The translations under genes and the position numbers were made by a program. 64,000 nt of DNA from Entomortierella parvispora E1425 (lineage: Eukaryota; Fungi; Mortierellomycota): NCBI GenBank assembly GCA_020891255.1, contig BQFW01000007.1, forward strand, positions 2,418,001 to 2,482,000, in the 5' to 3' direction. Each line of letters starts with the position of its first letter. Within the stretch, counting starts at the first letter, position 1. Below, piece after piece: positions 1-13,595 of this stretch. The notes beneath the pieces were generated by a model. That model was not told the origin of the DNA, did no database searches, and worked only from the letters and a program-made list of their open reading frames with translations.

Positions 1-2158
1 ATCGTCTGGGTCACATCCTTTGCTCTCCTCCTTTTCCTTCTTCTTTTTGAGCTTTTGATGTCCATCTGAGTTCAAGTTATTGACCAAGGCAGACGTGTCT
101 GACTTTGAGCCCGACGCCGCTTTACGTGCTTTTTCCTCCAAAGTGTATTCGATCTTCTTCATGATGGCCTCGGGGGAGACATTAGACATGTCCTTTGTGG
201 GTGATGTTTGTTGAATGGCAATTGTAAGGGTCTCCAGAATCTTTTTCAATTGTCCCTCAAAAGTTGCAGAAAGACCTAAAAAAAAAGTTGCCATCGTGCG
301 TCAGTATTACGACCTGTATTCTCGAGACAGCTATACCGTATCTGAATTCATACACTCTTACCCGCCTTCTGTCCAGTTGTGGCAGTGATCGCCATGTCCA
401 TAAGATTGTTGAGTGTGCTCATGAATTGGAACAATGGAATGTATCCGACTTGCTTGGCCAAGATGCTCAGGAGTTCTCCCTCACTTCTTGCATTCGCTAG
501 CTCATCACATCGAATGAAAACCTTATGGGTCTTCTCCTTGATCGCGTACTCAACCATGTCTGTTTTTCCAGCTCCACGGGGTCCTTGAACAATGGCGAAG
601 GTCTCTGGTGGGTTTCGCAACCAGACTCGAAGTTTCTCTTCATCCTCCTCTCTTTCTCTCCAACCTGTTGCCTGGAGTGAATCCTGGTTGGACCGAGTGA
701 GTCGACCCACTGTCTCTTTACGGAGCCATTTCAGGATAGGATACTCATTTACGTTGAAGAGTTGTGTGATCTTGGCATGCATACTAAAGATGCGTACTGG
801 ATCAAAGATCATAAGCGAGATACCGGCGAGAACAAAACCACCCAAGGGAACACTCAGTCGAGGATGATTCGAGAGCCAGTCCCAGATCACGTTGGTCTTC
901 AGTGTCCGTTCAAAGTTGACGCTGAGTGTGACTCCGTTAACTTCTGCTCCATGAAGACAATTTTTAGCGCTGGTGGATGCTCTCATGAAGGTGTATTGAA
1001 TAATCGCCTGTTTGGGCATGTCCTTCACTGGAGGGACCTGAACAATATCCACAATTTTGCCGTATTTGCGGAAGAGTGCGTAAAGTCCTTCCACTCCAAG
1101 ATCGCCAGTGTATTCGATGCGGATCCTCTTGTTAGGATATCGGCTGGCCATGTCTTCCAGGAAAGGTGATCCTTTAACCAAGAAAGCGCGAACTTTTTGA
1201 AAGTTGAACCACATGTAGTGTCCGTGGCTCATCAGGTGTTGTTCGCATCTGCTCTCGATTTCCTTAAGTGCTTCTTTGGTCGTGTAAGAGCTCGGATGGA
1301 CGTATGAAAAGTGTACAAACATGCCACCGTCTTTGAGCCTAACAAAGGTTGTAGAGTCATGGGGGTTATTTTTCGTCATCCAATGGAATGGCTCTCGACC
1401 GTCAAGAGTGAACAACTGTGAAAGCGAAGAGTCTTGGAACAATGTTTACCTTGGCTCGATGCCTCCGATCTTGAAATGAAAGGGCATGCCGTTCTCTGGG
1501 GGTACGAGTTCGTTCTTAGCTTTACGCTCCAATGACTTCCATCCTGGTCTGAGCAATGAGTACCGAACATCCCACCAGCCCACCTTGAGCGGATAGGCAT
1601 TGTCGAAGTAGAGCATGCCATATTTCAGAGGCAGCTAGACAACAAAGAATGAAGTCGATTAGAGTTAAGGTGACGACCAAATGTCGTAATCGTGTCCGTT
1701 CATTCCCAGCTGGGCGAATACAGCGTAGTCATGACGACAGAAGGGGTTCCCAAATGGTCTGTGGGCTGGCTGGCATCCTCGGATTGGATGGGTGTTAGTG
1801 GACAACAACAGAACTTTTTGCCTACCTCTTCTTCCGTGATGGTTGTCTCTGCCTCTGAGGTGAATCGTCTACGAATGTTGGCTCCATGGACCCTCCTGGT
1901 ACGCGCAAATGCTATGGGGCGCGTCGACAGACTGGGAAGATCAGGGGTATGATAGGAACGATGCTGAAGTAGAGGGATCGATCGGATCGATTGTGCGGCG
2001 GCAGCAGCTGCTGCTGTGGATCTGGTGCTGTACAGTCGCAAGCGCGAGGTTGGGTTCGATGTGGACGCGCTCGTCAAACGCGTCAACGCTGTGGCGGTGG
2101 TGGTGCCGGTGTAAAAGCGTCGGAGGTAAGCCTCAGAAGAGGCGGCAACACGATACAT
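1..2158 (-). CDS. YME2: Mitochondrial escape protein 2 (YME2/RNA12), multi-exon, 3' end outside the window
   Basis: ATG at 2158 gives a basic presequence (MYRVAASS...). Spliced exons read YFDNAYPLKVGWWD, EPR|LKDGG, an RRM, a TM segment, and the RNA12-type P-loop region WLRNPPETFAIVQGPRGAGKT. The frame is still open at base 1. Confidence 0.9.
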
Positions 2159-2377
2159 TTGCTCCCAAGTAGTCAAGTTTGTGGAATGAGGAATGAAAGA
2201 ATGAGGAGATGTCGACGGTGCGTCAGTATGTGTTTGTTTGTGCAGGGGGTGCGAGGGAGAAGAGAGTGGGAAGAAACAAAAGGACCGCTGTTTGACGCAG
2301 AGACAGTCACCAGTGTCAAACGATGCCTCTCCATGTCGCAGGAGACAGAGGAATGCATTCCTTAAATTCAACCCACC

Positions 2378-3211
2378 ATGTCGCTGCTTCTTGCCAAACA
2401 GGTCCTCAGAGGGTCAGTTATTGCCAAGTCCCTCCGCCCTGTGCCTTCTGTGTTGCTCAGATATAAGCACTCAGATCCCACCTCAACCCCCAACTCGAAC
2501 CCCACCTCAACCCTCAACTCGAACTCAGCCTCAGCCCCCAACTCGAACTCATCCTCAACCCCCAACTCAACCTCTGTCACGGAAACACACGGGCACACCG
2601 CTCTACAGGCAGAGATCATCAGTGGTGCTCCAGGTATGGCTGACAGACCGTGGAAGAGGCTATTAGTATACTTTGACTGCTGGGCTGGAACCAAGTTTAA
2701 AGTTTCTGATACTATTTGATAGAGGAGGTACGCTTGCACCCCTGTCGCATCTACAAGCAATCCAGGTCCGCAACTCAGTCGGGAATTGTCAACACGGGCG
2801 TCTGGAGAGTCGATTTCGATACAGAGCTGAATGCTGGTCAATTTGAGAACGAATTGATCGGCTGGGCAAGCAGGTATGTGTATAAAAGGAGAAGGAGCCG
2901 CGAAGTTCTGCTCTTAACAATCTGTGTGTGGCGTGTCTTTTAGCTCCGACTATATGCATGGCCTCCAGGTGAAATTCAACACCAAGGAAGAGGCGATCGC
3001 CTTTGCTGATAAGCAAGGTAAATAAGAAACAAAGTCGAAGTCAAGAGCCTTGCATTGCTTCCAACGCTATTTTATCTGACGTATGTCCTTCACTTTTATA
3101 GGTTGGGACTTTACTGTCGAGGAACCCAATCAGAAGATCTTCAAGAAGAAGGTCTATGCCGACAGCTTCAAGTATTCTCCCACCAAGCTTCGTTTCGTCA
3201 GCACCAAGTAG
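2378..3211 (+). CDS. NDUFS4: NADH:ubiquinone oxidoreductase subunit NDUFS4 (18/21 kDa), 4 exons
   Basis: Spliced product reads EIISGAP|EEVRLHPCRIYKQ..ATQSG..WRVDFD..ENELIGWASS|SDYM..KFNTKEEAIAFADKQG|WDF..EP..YADSFKYSPTKLRFVSTK*, with GT-AG introns. Confidence 0.93.
2477..2572 (+). repeat. Four degenerate 24-nt tandem units encoding PTSTPNSN-like repeats
   Basis: cccacctcaacccccaactcgaac and three variants, read directly. Confidence 0.9.
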
Positions 3212-3245
3212 GGAGTATCAGGATTATCGTTTTTGGCAGGGCATT

Positions 3246-3281
3246 CGTGTGTGGGACCCGTGTGTGGGACCCGTGTGTGGG
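3246..3281 (+). repeat. 13-nt tandem repeat (cgtgtgtgggacc) x2.8 downstream of the NDUFS4 stop
   Basis: Read directly. Confidence 0.9.
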
Positions 3282-3510
3282 TGAGAGGATCACGCGGGTG
3301 AGCAACCGCGTCGAAATGCAATAAAAGGAGACCTATTCGTCTTTAAAAATTTCAGCAAAGCCACCTTGGATCTTCAGTCGCGCTCTCAAAAAAGTTCCGC
3401 GTGAGGCCCTGCATGAAGATTCCTGTCATTTGTCACTGCTGTTCCATCGCCAACCTACAGCATCTACACTTGTCGACTCGGACCATCGACCAGCATTACA
3501 GGAACCGATA

Positions 3511-6500
3511 ATGGTACAGAGCAGGACACCCTTCGCTAGTCGACATGCGATGCATTGCTTTCATTTGCATCGCGTTTTACATTCTAATCTTGGTGGCGCA
3601 TGATCCCTTCTGTCCTATTCTTCAATCGTAGATTCGCTTCACAGTGCTGAATGAAGATGAGCAGGCAAAGTCAAAGGAAGAAGAGTCTGAGGAGATCCAA
3701 GTACTTCAACTGGAGGATAATATCAAGTGTTGCATGCTGCAGACGACCATCGGCCTGATCTAATCAATTTTTTTCTTTTCTTTTTTTACCAAAGGCCGAG
3801 AAGTTCCTGGGGGTTTACCAGAGTGCGATTAGACTAGTACAAAAGGGACAACTCAATGAGGCTCGCAGGATGCTCAAAAACTTGATCGAGTCGGATCTCA
3901 TGCAGAAAATCGATAATGATGTGCGTATTGCGATCGAAATGAGTCGACCTTATTGCAGCAACTGTTTATTTCGAGTGAGAGTGTTTTAACTGACCAGCGA
4001 AGGATCTACGCCTTTTATCTTTTACCTCCAATACAGACCGACATGGCCGCCAGAGGAACACCATTGAGACTGCTGCAATATCTTGTGTACACCAACTACG
4101 CCTCAATTCTTGAGCAGTGTCCAGACGAGTCTAGCGAATCAGTTCTCAAGTATTATCTCAAAGTATGCTGACATTGGACAGTGGTGACTTTATGTTTGTG
4201 AGGATAGAGCTACATGCTAGAAAACTCTTCTAATGCCTTGGCGTGTTTTAGGCCGTGACTTTTGACAGCTCTGATAATGCATTATGGGTTAAAATCGGGA
4301 AACTTGCAGCCACCGCACGAAAATACAAGTTGGCTAGATATGCTCTCGAATGTGGATTGCAACAGTCGAATCCTGAAGCTGGGGATGCAGAAGCAGCTGG
4401 ACATGTTGTAACAAGACTATCAGCTGACTACGACCTGACACCTTCCCAATGGACATGCCTGGAGGCACTCTGTGAGGTATCAGAAATGTTCGACCGAAGG
4501 TGTTTGCTCACAGGAAATCATCGCAGTCCGCTAACTTGATTGATTATCGATTTAGGTTCTCTATAAAATTGGCGATTTGGTCTCTTGTCAGGAGTATGTT
4601 CAAAAGGCTCTTCGATTGTCGCCGTACTTTGAACGTGGACTCGAGCTCCAACAACTTGTTCGTCGCAGACTGGAGAAAATTCAATCACCCGTCCCCGAGG
4701 ATCAGATTCAAACGGACGATACCAACATTCCGGATCAGAAGTCGGAGCTACCAAAAGAGTTGGTCTTGGACGACCTGTCATGGAAAGGGCTTGGCGAGCT
4801 TCTGCTTGAAGAATACAAGGTGTTGCTTAAAGCACCGGAAATGTCGTTTTACAATCGACGGCTAATTGTCGTGTCATCAGGGCCTCACAGTGAGGATGTA
4901 GATATGTCTGAGGAAACTGACATGGCTGAAGTTGAGCCTGAGGAAGAGCAGCCTGAGGGGAACGGCGATACGACAGGGAAACTGGATCCGGAGTCGCCAT
5001 CAGCTGAGCCTGTTGATATTGCCATGGATGCGCTCCCCGCCGACGAAGCGGCTACTCAAGCCGACAGAGAATCGACAGAGGCTGACCAAGGTGCAGCGCT
5101 AAAGCGCAAGAGGAAAGAGGTCGAAGAGAGATCTGGACTAAGGTAACACAGGATAAGCAATATGTATCTCTTCAGGATGTTTGCTAATCGTTGATTGCTC
5201 TCCAGGACATCAAAACGAGTTAGGGACAAACTGGACCAGTACGAAGTTACCAAGAAAAAGCGGGAAGAGGAGGAGCAGGAGACTCTGGCAAAATACAGGA
5301 TTGTTCTCTCAAAGTTTGGCATGGACCTCGAGAATGGATATTACGGAAACTCGTCAGAAGAATGTTTACAGCCGGACGAAATATTTCCTGGCGGTATATC
5401 TGGGGTCATTAGTATCTTCAACAAGCACTTGGAGAGGCCGAACGCCATAGTCCAGGCATCCACGATGGAGCATGTTCAGCAGTAAGTTCATCCCCCCGGA
5501 ATATATTTTTTAGTTATTTTTCGACATTCTAACTTTCTTATTTTAATCAATTGAAGGCAAAAAACCAACCACTTTGCTGTTTTCACTGATGATAAAACCC
5601 CAAGTACAACTGAGCCATTATTCGAGAGCAACTCTACTCTTTTGAATTTTGTTAAAGTCGCCAACGAGCAGAATTCTGGAGTGGTTGAGTACCTCTGCTT
5701 GTATATTCTGATGCTTATGTCAGGTACACCTCTCGAGGAATCAAAACTGAGTTGGAAGCTACGGTGGCCAAGTGGTGTGCGACCTGTCGTGAGCGAAATC
5801 GTGACACTCTTGGAGGATCGATTGTTGGAGTTTCTGCATAAGGAAGGCGAAGAGGAGGCTGCAACATTCTCAGAAGACCAGATGTCACGGTTAGAGGTAT
5901 GGATACAGTATTTTCAATCAATCAAAACGCGATTGTAGTAGTACCAACCAGACGCCCATCTAACAGTCTGAGGATTTTCAAACCTTTAGCTTTACCTCTC
6001 CATAGGAGAGCTATACCTTGATGAGATGGTATATACCGTTCTTCGACCATTCACGTTTGTTTCCAGGAGGAGCAGAGGAGCCAAAAAAATGGACGCAGAA
6101 GGGTTCGCAAAGTTGGAATGTTTGTTCCAGCGCTGGCTCGTACGTGCCGGGCAGAGCCTTCAATCTTTTGTGGCGGATGAAATTAGCAATTCAAATCAGG
6201 ACCCGAAGACAGCATCTGCATCGCTCAGGTACATTTTTTTAATCTTCTTGATCAGCAATTGCAATGCTTCGGAAAACTAATAGTCGCTTCTTTTAATAAT
6301 TAGGATTAATTGGATGATGGGGAGGTACTGCCAGAGTATAGGAGATGCAGAGGGGGCCATTGCTCGATTCGAATATTGTCAATGGATTGTTCAAGGCGAT
6401 TCTAATATACAGGTGACATTGCCGAACTGGTAAGTGAGGCTTCCGTAGATCTGGTAGCTACTTTTTCACCACAGCTCCCCTAACAATGTTTGAATACTGG

Positions 6501-7567
6501 ACACGGACATAGTAAATATGATACGACCGTAGACTCAGGAACTGTGCAAGACAGACTAGGAAAGCTCAAGACCCATCAATATGTACTGGATGCTGAACGA
6601 CTATTCAGCGAGGACGACTATCAAGCTGTCCTGACTCGACTAGAGCCAATCTTTCTTACTAAGGAGTCCTCTGATCCCACTTCGACTGCAACTGTCTTGG
6701 ATGAAGCCCAACCTGACGCCAATGATTTTAATACAATCGGAGGCTCCTTGTCTGAAAGAATCGAACTAATGGGCTTACTATATAAGGTACAATGCAAGCA
6801 AACGGCCTGATTCTGTTATATATAGCCGCGACGCTCACCATCCTAACATATGTTTTTGAAGTCTTGCGATGCACTGAAGGATAGGAAGAAACAATTCGAG
6901 TGTATCTCGGAAATGTTGGTTCGGGTGGTGACTGCATTAATCAATACGACAACCGAGCGAAGCGAGGCTACAGAGACGTGGTTTCTCTTCAGCCAAACGA
7001 ATCAACTGCTGTTGCTAATGAGGGAAACAATCCAGGCTTCAGATCTGGCTGAGCTTCTAGGATCTCTGAGGAGTAATCAACTTCAGAAGTTAATATGCTG
7101 CGTACTAGCAGTGGCGCGACTCGGATTTGTGAATGTATTGCACCAGGACCGACTTGTAGACGATGACATCAAGATTTCATACTCTGATCTCTTGAAGAAT
7201 CGGCCACATCTGGAGCAGTTCAACCTCGTTCTAGTTAGATCGTGGATTGTCCTCCTTCTTCTCTTGCCAGGGTGGGTTCCGGGCAAACTCGCTGATACTT
7301 CGTCAATCTCAGAACAGGATACAGCAGTCAAACCTCAGTTCGTGGCCATTCCTTTGGATATCACCGCCTCAGACCTGGATGCAGAGACAGTCCGTCGTGT
7401 TACTTCACAACCGCTGACCACAAACTCTTCCACTCCTGTGGCTTTATATCCGGGTCCTTCAACCGAACTGTACATGGAACTTATTGCTCTTGTGCATGAC
7501 GATTTTGGTGTTCGTGAAATCTGTGGTCTGGACAATAGTAAGTTGTGGATGCAGTTGAAGTCAGCAG

Positions 7568-7601
<34 letters not shown>

Positions 7602-10600
7602 CTAGACCTTTCTAATCATCATACATTATGAACTTTAGACAAACTCATCGAGCTGGCTCTGAAAGTGAGCTCACCGATGGAGGGCGTCTTCTATCGAAAA
7701 GAGGAAAATCAATGCTACTACTGTTTTTACGGGATATCGCTTAGTGTAAGTATGGTTATTCTCCTTGAGCAGTTCTGCCGTAAAGAGAATGCTAACATTT
7801 AACGCCTCTCTTTTTCTCTCAGGTCGATGGACAATATCCGATTGAGCACTCCTCGGAACCTGTTGACTTTGATAGAAAGGCTGCAACGGAGTTTTTCCCT
7901 CTGCTTGAACGATCCTTATCGGACCGTGCACTGAGAGGGCAAATACGAGGCGACCTCAAGGACGCAGTGGATCGAGTAGAGGAGGCTTTGGGTTCTCCCC
8001 CCTATGAGAGCAGTTCTATCTTGTCCATGAATCGCCATATCATCGATAGCTATCTGGCATCTGAGATCAACTTTGCAGAAGCTATCCAAGTCAACGCAAT
8101 TAGTCGATTGCCGACCATGGAGCAGGCACCATCCAGCAAATTGGCATCTGTTTATCGCAGTATCTACGCTATCCAAGGGAAGGTGTTCCTATCTCAATTT
8201 CGCAACAAGGCCAAGAACAACCAGTTTAAGCCGCTTGAAGATTTGCAACACGCGATTGATCAGTTTGGTACCGATCTCCATGTGAACCCCTACTGCTGGG
8301 ATTCATGGTATTCATTGGCGCTTTGCTACACTTTCCTTGCGGATGAGAACCTTGTCTTCAGCGCCTCCGATATTAGGAACAACTTCTCAAAGATCAAGGA
8401 CCTTCAGAGACGTGCTTTCCTATGCTTTTCGCAGGCTGCTCGACTTTCGCCAAAGAGAGGAAACAAGGTCGACCACGAGAGAAGTCAGTCTACATTTGGA
8501 GAAGGCGAACCAGAGGCGGAGGCATCTTGGGCAAGCGCCAGCCAAGAAGGCGAAGTGTCCGAACGGCCTGTACCTGAAGACTGCGAGCCAAAAGTTCCAT
8601 CGGGTCAGGAGACAAAGACAGCTAGCAGTGAAGATCAGGAGTGGCGCCATTCGCAGGCTGCATTCTGGTTCGACTTTGGAAATCTTGTACATGGAATCAT
8701 GTCTAAGCCTGTGCGGATGGAGGCTATGCACCGAACTGAGGGCCTGGAAGCTCTATCAGATACTGGCGACATTACCTCTATTTACATTCCAGAGCCAACG
8801 CCAGAGCAAGTGTACAAATTTGCTGCCTTTTGCTTCAAGCGATCTTTGTCTCTCAATGACCAGAACTGGCGAGCTCCTTTCATGCTTGGAAAGTGCGTCG
8901 AGAAGCTGAATGGAAAGCCTAGCCAAGTGCTTTCACTCTACAGACTGGCGGTGGACAAAGTACCAAGGCGGTCAGGCCAGCCTGGAAATGAGAGGATCTT
9001 TGAGCCTGCGTACAAGCTCATATCGACACTGACGAAATATCTGAACTCTGATAAAGTCAAGGTAAGGATGCGAGCAATGTACTACCCATTTGTTTTGAAG
9101 AGTAACTTGAGTTAAGCTGATAGAGCTGACATATCTTTGATACTCTAGCCGTCTGTGGTGGAAGCACAAATGACCAAGTCGTTGGTTCGATCGAAGCTAA
9201 GCACAGCTGAGGGTGATTCCTTTATATTTGAACCGCCAACAGAGTACCTCCAGACGATCGAGTCTCAGGAAGCGGACGAGCACAAGAACGGAAAGATGCA
9301 AGCATATCGCTTACTCTGTGAAGGCCTGGCACGGATACGACACGTAGATAAGCGGCACTGGCACCATCGTCCTGCATTTAGGGTACAATAGCGAAGTGAC
9401 TTTGGCTAAGCTTTGTTCTGATGGTTCAAATGGGCTAACAATCTTCATTCTGATTGTACAAATAGCAATCTTGGATTCTCTACCATATATACCACGATGT
9501 CGAGCGTGCCAAAGCGGAAATGCTTAGCTTATTCCAGATGAAAAGCAATCTGAAAACTTTGGTGAGCGCAGTGTGGAAGCCCGAGTTTGAGCGAAGCGGA
9601 AAGCACTTTGTGTATGTGGGCGAGTATACAAAGTTTCTGATTGTGCTCGCCAAGGAATCAAAGGACGTGGAAACTCTGAACAGTCTGGCCAAGAAGATAC
9701 GACGTGCCAATGCTCTACTGCTGGATCTTAAGGAAGTCTGGGAACTGTTGTATGACTCGTATCTCTCAGTGCTGGGCGAATTAGTTGGACCTGAGCCTGC
9801 TTTGGCCGTGGCGGAGGTGATCCCAAGAATGGAATTTCGGGAGAAGGCCGCCATCTACGAGGCAAAAATGTTTGAACAGGATCCAAGACCGGCTGGACTC
9901 ACCGTTCTCATGCGATTGTGTGAATTGAAGAAGCTGAATGACAAACTGGCACCTGAGGGACAGATGGGTCATTATTTGGCAGTTTGTTACAGCAAACTCT
10001 TTATTGAGGTTGGCGGTGCGGAACTGTATCCCAAGGAGCTGCTCCGCCAACTCTCTAATCCCTCTGAACCAGCAGCGGACACAACGATGGTTGTTGACGG
10101 AGAAACTTCAGCGATGGATGTCGACGGTGGATCCGAGTCCACACCAGTGGGTACCGACTCTACAAGGAACTCGGAGGGCGACGGCGAGGAAGACGATCAC
10201 AAAAATATGCGGACGAAAATGGAGCGACTGACTACCGAGGTTCCAATGGCATCGGATGATTCTGAAGTGAAGGCCATGGAGACTGAGGAAAACGTGGCCA
10301 CAAATGTGAGTGTCGACATCAACCCAGCCAGTAATACCGCGGATGCCTCGGGCGTAGACACCCCAGCCAAGGATGGAGAGACCACTGCAAACGACGGAGT
10401 AGCAGCCATTGAGGACTGGAAGAGTCGCAAGAAGATCAGCGCGACAGAGCTCGCGTCGAGAGCCACGATTATTTTCAAGGCACCTCCACCATCACTCAAA
10501 GCGCCGCAGAGTTTACAAAGTAAGCTTGCTGGGCCGCCCTTGGAGGAAAACGTGAATTCAAACGCGGCAAATAACGATTCTGTGCCAGAGGAGTCTACGG

Positions 10601-10794
10601 TCCCCGAAGATGGTCCTAGTATGGATGGAGAGGCAGAATCCAATGAAGTGGCGCCGCCAGAGTCGACTTTGGTAGAAGGGGAGGAGGAGGCCACGGCAGA
10701 GCCTGGAGATGGTCCAGCAGTGGCCGAGGACCAAAGGCAACAGAGTCCAGTCAGGCGCACCAGCAGCAGACGGAATTCTCGTGTGGACGAATGA
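3511..10794 (+). CDS. HIR3: HIR complex subunit HIR3/CABIN1-like TPR protein, many exons
   Basis: Predicted ATG micro-exon at 3511, then IRFTVLNEDEQ and AEKFLGVYQSAIRL. Later motifs include LWVKIGKLA..ARYALECGL..WTCLEALCEV, WDSWYSLALCY, KRHWHHRPAFR and VWKPEFERSGKHFVY, followed by an acidic tail. The start codon is inferred. Confidence 0.82.
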
Positions 10795-11112
10795 CTCTAG
10801 AAAGAAAAGACTCGCCAAACAATTAAAGACTAGGAAAACACGTTGACAAAAAGATTCGTCTGTGTCGCCTAGAGCCATGCAGCTCGACACCGAGTTGAAC
10901 TAAAAAAAAAAAAAAGGGCACGTGACGGTGACTGCGATGATAGAAGATCCAAGCCACCGTCCTCCTCTTCCCCGCCAGTCCGTTTTTTTGTTGAGCCCCA
11001 AACGAAGGGAAGAAAAAAAAAAAAAAAAAAAGATGTTTTGATATAAGGCCTCACGGCCAGCGGGTTCTCTTGTTCCTCCTCTTCCTCCTTTTCCTCATTC
11101 CCATCCATAACC

Positions 11113-13595
11113 ATGTCTGAAGTCACTGATCTTGCCATCGGTATCGATCTCGGGTAGGTGCCATCTCTTGTTCTCTTTTCCTCTCTTCTTCCTTCCTCTC
11201 TGTCTCGGATTGACATTGGCACCACCTACTGTCGCTGGACCGCTTCTTTCGTCGGATTCAACGTCCAGCATGCAAACAGGCGCCAGATCAGCGCCTCCCC
11301 ATACTCGACTCGCGACATAGAGAGAAGAGACCGTCTTATCTTCCACCGCCCTTCTCTGCTTTGCTACGAGAAGGCTCCATAGTCAACATTGATGCCTTTG
11401 TTTATGTCAAGGTGACTGAGAGTCGACGGGGCCGGGGTGATATCTGGACCCTTGGGAGCAGCCTTCAACAGCCACCATCCAGGACCGCCAGGCGTCGCAC
11501 GCAGAAGTGGAGAGCAAAGCGGGATCTATGCCATGGAAAGGGAGAGGTGGCTTTAGTGTCTTCAACACCAATTGCCTCTTCTCCTGTCTCTCTTTTCTGC
11601 CTCTCCTCCCCTTGAACAGCAGTGGTTCGCCACACCCACGCGATGCGAGTCTCTCTTTCTGATCCTTTGTTGATGTCTCTGTTTTGCCCTCTCTTAGTAC
11701 CACCTACTCCTGCGTTGCCGTCTGGGAGTCTGAGCGTGTTGAGATCATCGCCAACGAGCAGGGTAACCGTACCACCCCTTCGTACGTCGCCTTCTCTGAT
11801 GCTGAGCGTCTCATCGGTGATGCCGCCAAGAACCAGGCTGCCATGAACGCCACCAACACCGTCTTCGATGCCAAGCGTCTTATCGGTCGCCGTTTCGATG
11901 ACCCCGAGGTCAAGGCTGATATGAAGCACTGGCCTTTCACCGTCATTGACAAGGACACCGCTCCCTTCATCCAGGTCGAGTACCAGGGTGAGAAGAAGGA
12001 GTTCTCCCCCCAGGAGATCTCTGCCATGGTCCTCGTCAAGATGAAGGAGATCGCTGAGGCCAAGCTCGGAAAGACCGTCACCAAGGCTGTCATCACCGTC
12101 CCCGCCTACTTCAACGATGCTCAGCGTCACGCCACCAAGGATGCTGGTGCCATTGCTGGTCTCGATGTTCTCCGTAAGTCTACGTTCTATATTTTTTCAT
12201 GCCTCTCTAGTGGCAAGGCTGGCCATCATCACAATCCTAACAATGAATTGATCTACTCTTTTAGGTATCATCAACGAGCCCACCGCTGCCGCCATCGCCT
12301 ACGGTTTGGACTCCAAGGAGACCAAGGAGAAGAACGTTCTCATCTTCGATTTGGGTGGTGGAACCTTCGATGTTTCCCTCCTTACCATTACCGGAGGTGT
12401 CTTCGCCGTCAAGGCCACCGCTGGTGACACTCACTTGGGAGGTGAGGATTTCGACAACACCCTCTTGGAGCACTTCAAGGAGGAGTTCAAGCGCAAGCAC
12501 AAGAAGGACATCACCGGTGACAACCGTGCCATCCGTCGTCTTCGTACCGCTTGCGAGCGTGCCAAGCGCACCTTGTCCTCTTTGGCCCAGACCACCATCG
12601 AGGTTGACTCTCTCTTCGAGGGTGTTGACTTCCAGGCCAACATCACCCGTGCCCGTTTCGAGGAGATCAACTCTGTCCACTTCAACAACACCATCGAGCC
12701 CGTCAAGAAGGTCCTCAAGGATGCCAAGTTCACCAAGAAGGAGGTCGATGAGGTCGTCTTGGTCGGTGGTTCCACCCGTATCCCCAAGATCCAGGCTCTT
12801 TTGACCGAGTTCTTTGACGGAAAGGAGTTGAACAAGTCCATCAACCCCGATGAGGCTGTTGCCTACGGTGCTGCCGTCCAGGCCGCTGTCTTGACCAACC
12901 AGGCCGGTAACGCCAAGACCCAGGATCTTTTGCTCTTGGATGTCGTCCCTCTCTCCCTCGGAGTTGAGATGCAGGGTGGTGTCATGGCCGTCGTTGTTCC
13001 CCGTAACACTGCCATCCCCACCATCAAGAAGAAGACCTTCACCACCACCGAGGATGGTCAGACCACCGTCCAGTTCCCCGTCTACGAGGGTGAGCGTCCC
13101 ATGACCCGTGACAACAACTTGCTCGGCAAGTTCGAGCTCTCTGGCATTGCCCCCATGCCTCGCGGCACCCCCGAGCTCGAGTGTACCTTCGAGTTGAACG
13201 CCGATGGTATCCTCAAGGTCACCGCCATGGACAAGGCCACCGGTCGCAAGGCCAACATCACCATCTCCAACGGTGCCGGTCGTCTCTCTGCTGCCGATAT
13301 CGAGCGCATGGTCTCTGAGGCCGAGAAGTTCAAGGATGAGGATCGCAAGAACGAGGAGATTGTCCAGTCCAAGCAGGAGCTCGAGTCGTACATCTACCAG
13401 ATCCAGGGTACCCTCAACGAGCCCAACGTCTCCATGAAGCTCAAGCGTAACGACAAGCGCGACATTGAGAACGCTTTGGAGGAGGCCATGGCCGCTCTCC
13501 AGATCGAGGAGCTCGCCGAGAAGGATACCTTCGTCCTCGCCCAGCGCAAGCTCAAGCGCACAGTCACCAAGGGCTTTGCTTCCCTCTCCCGTTAA
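11113..13595 (+). CDS. SSB1: Hsp70, ribosome-associated SSB type; introns 11154-11697 and 12174-12264
   Basis: AIGIDLG|[51 protein letters not shown]. The C-terminus [15 protein letters not shown] has no EEVD, as in SSB. Strong codon bias. Confidence 0.92.

Noticed and set aside
2720-2875. NDUFS4 as an unusually divergent paralogue (FENELIG versus WENPLMG)
   Set aside because: Recalled fungal orthologues vary at these positions, and the rest of the protein is canonical.
11154-11697. Possible intronic snoRNA in Hsp70 intron 1
   Set aside because: No properly spaced box C (RUGAUGA) / box D pair with a terminal stem, and no clear H/ACA layout.
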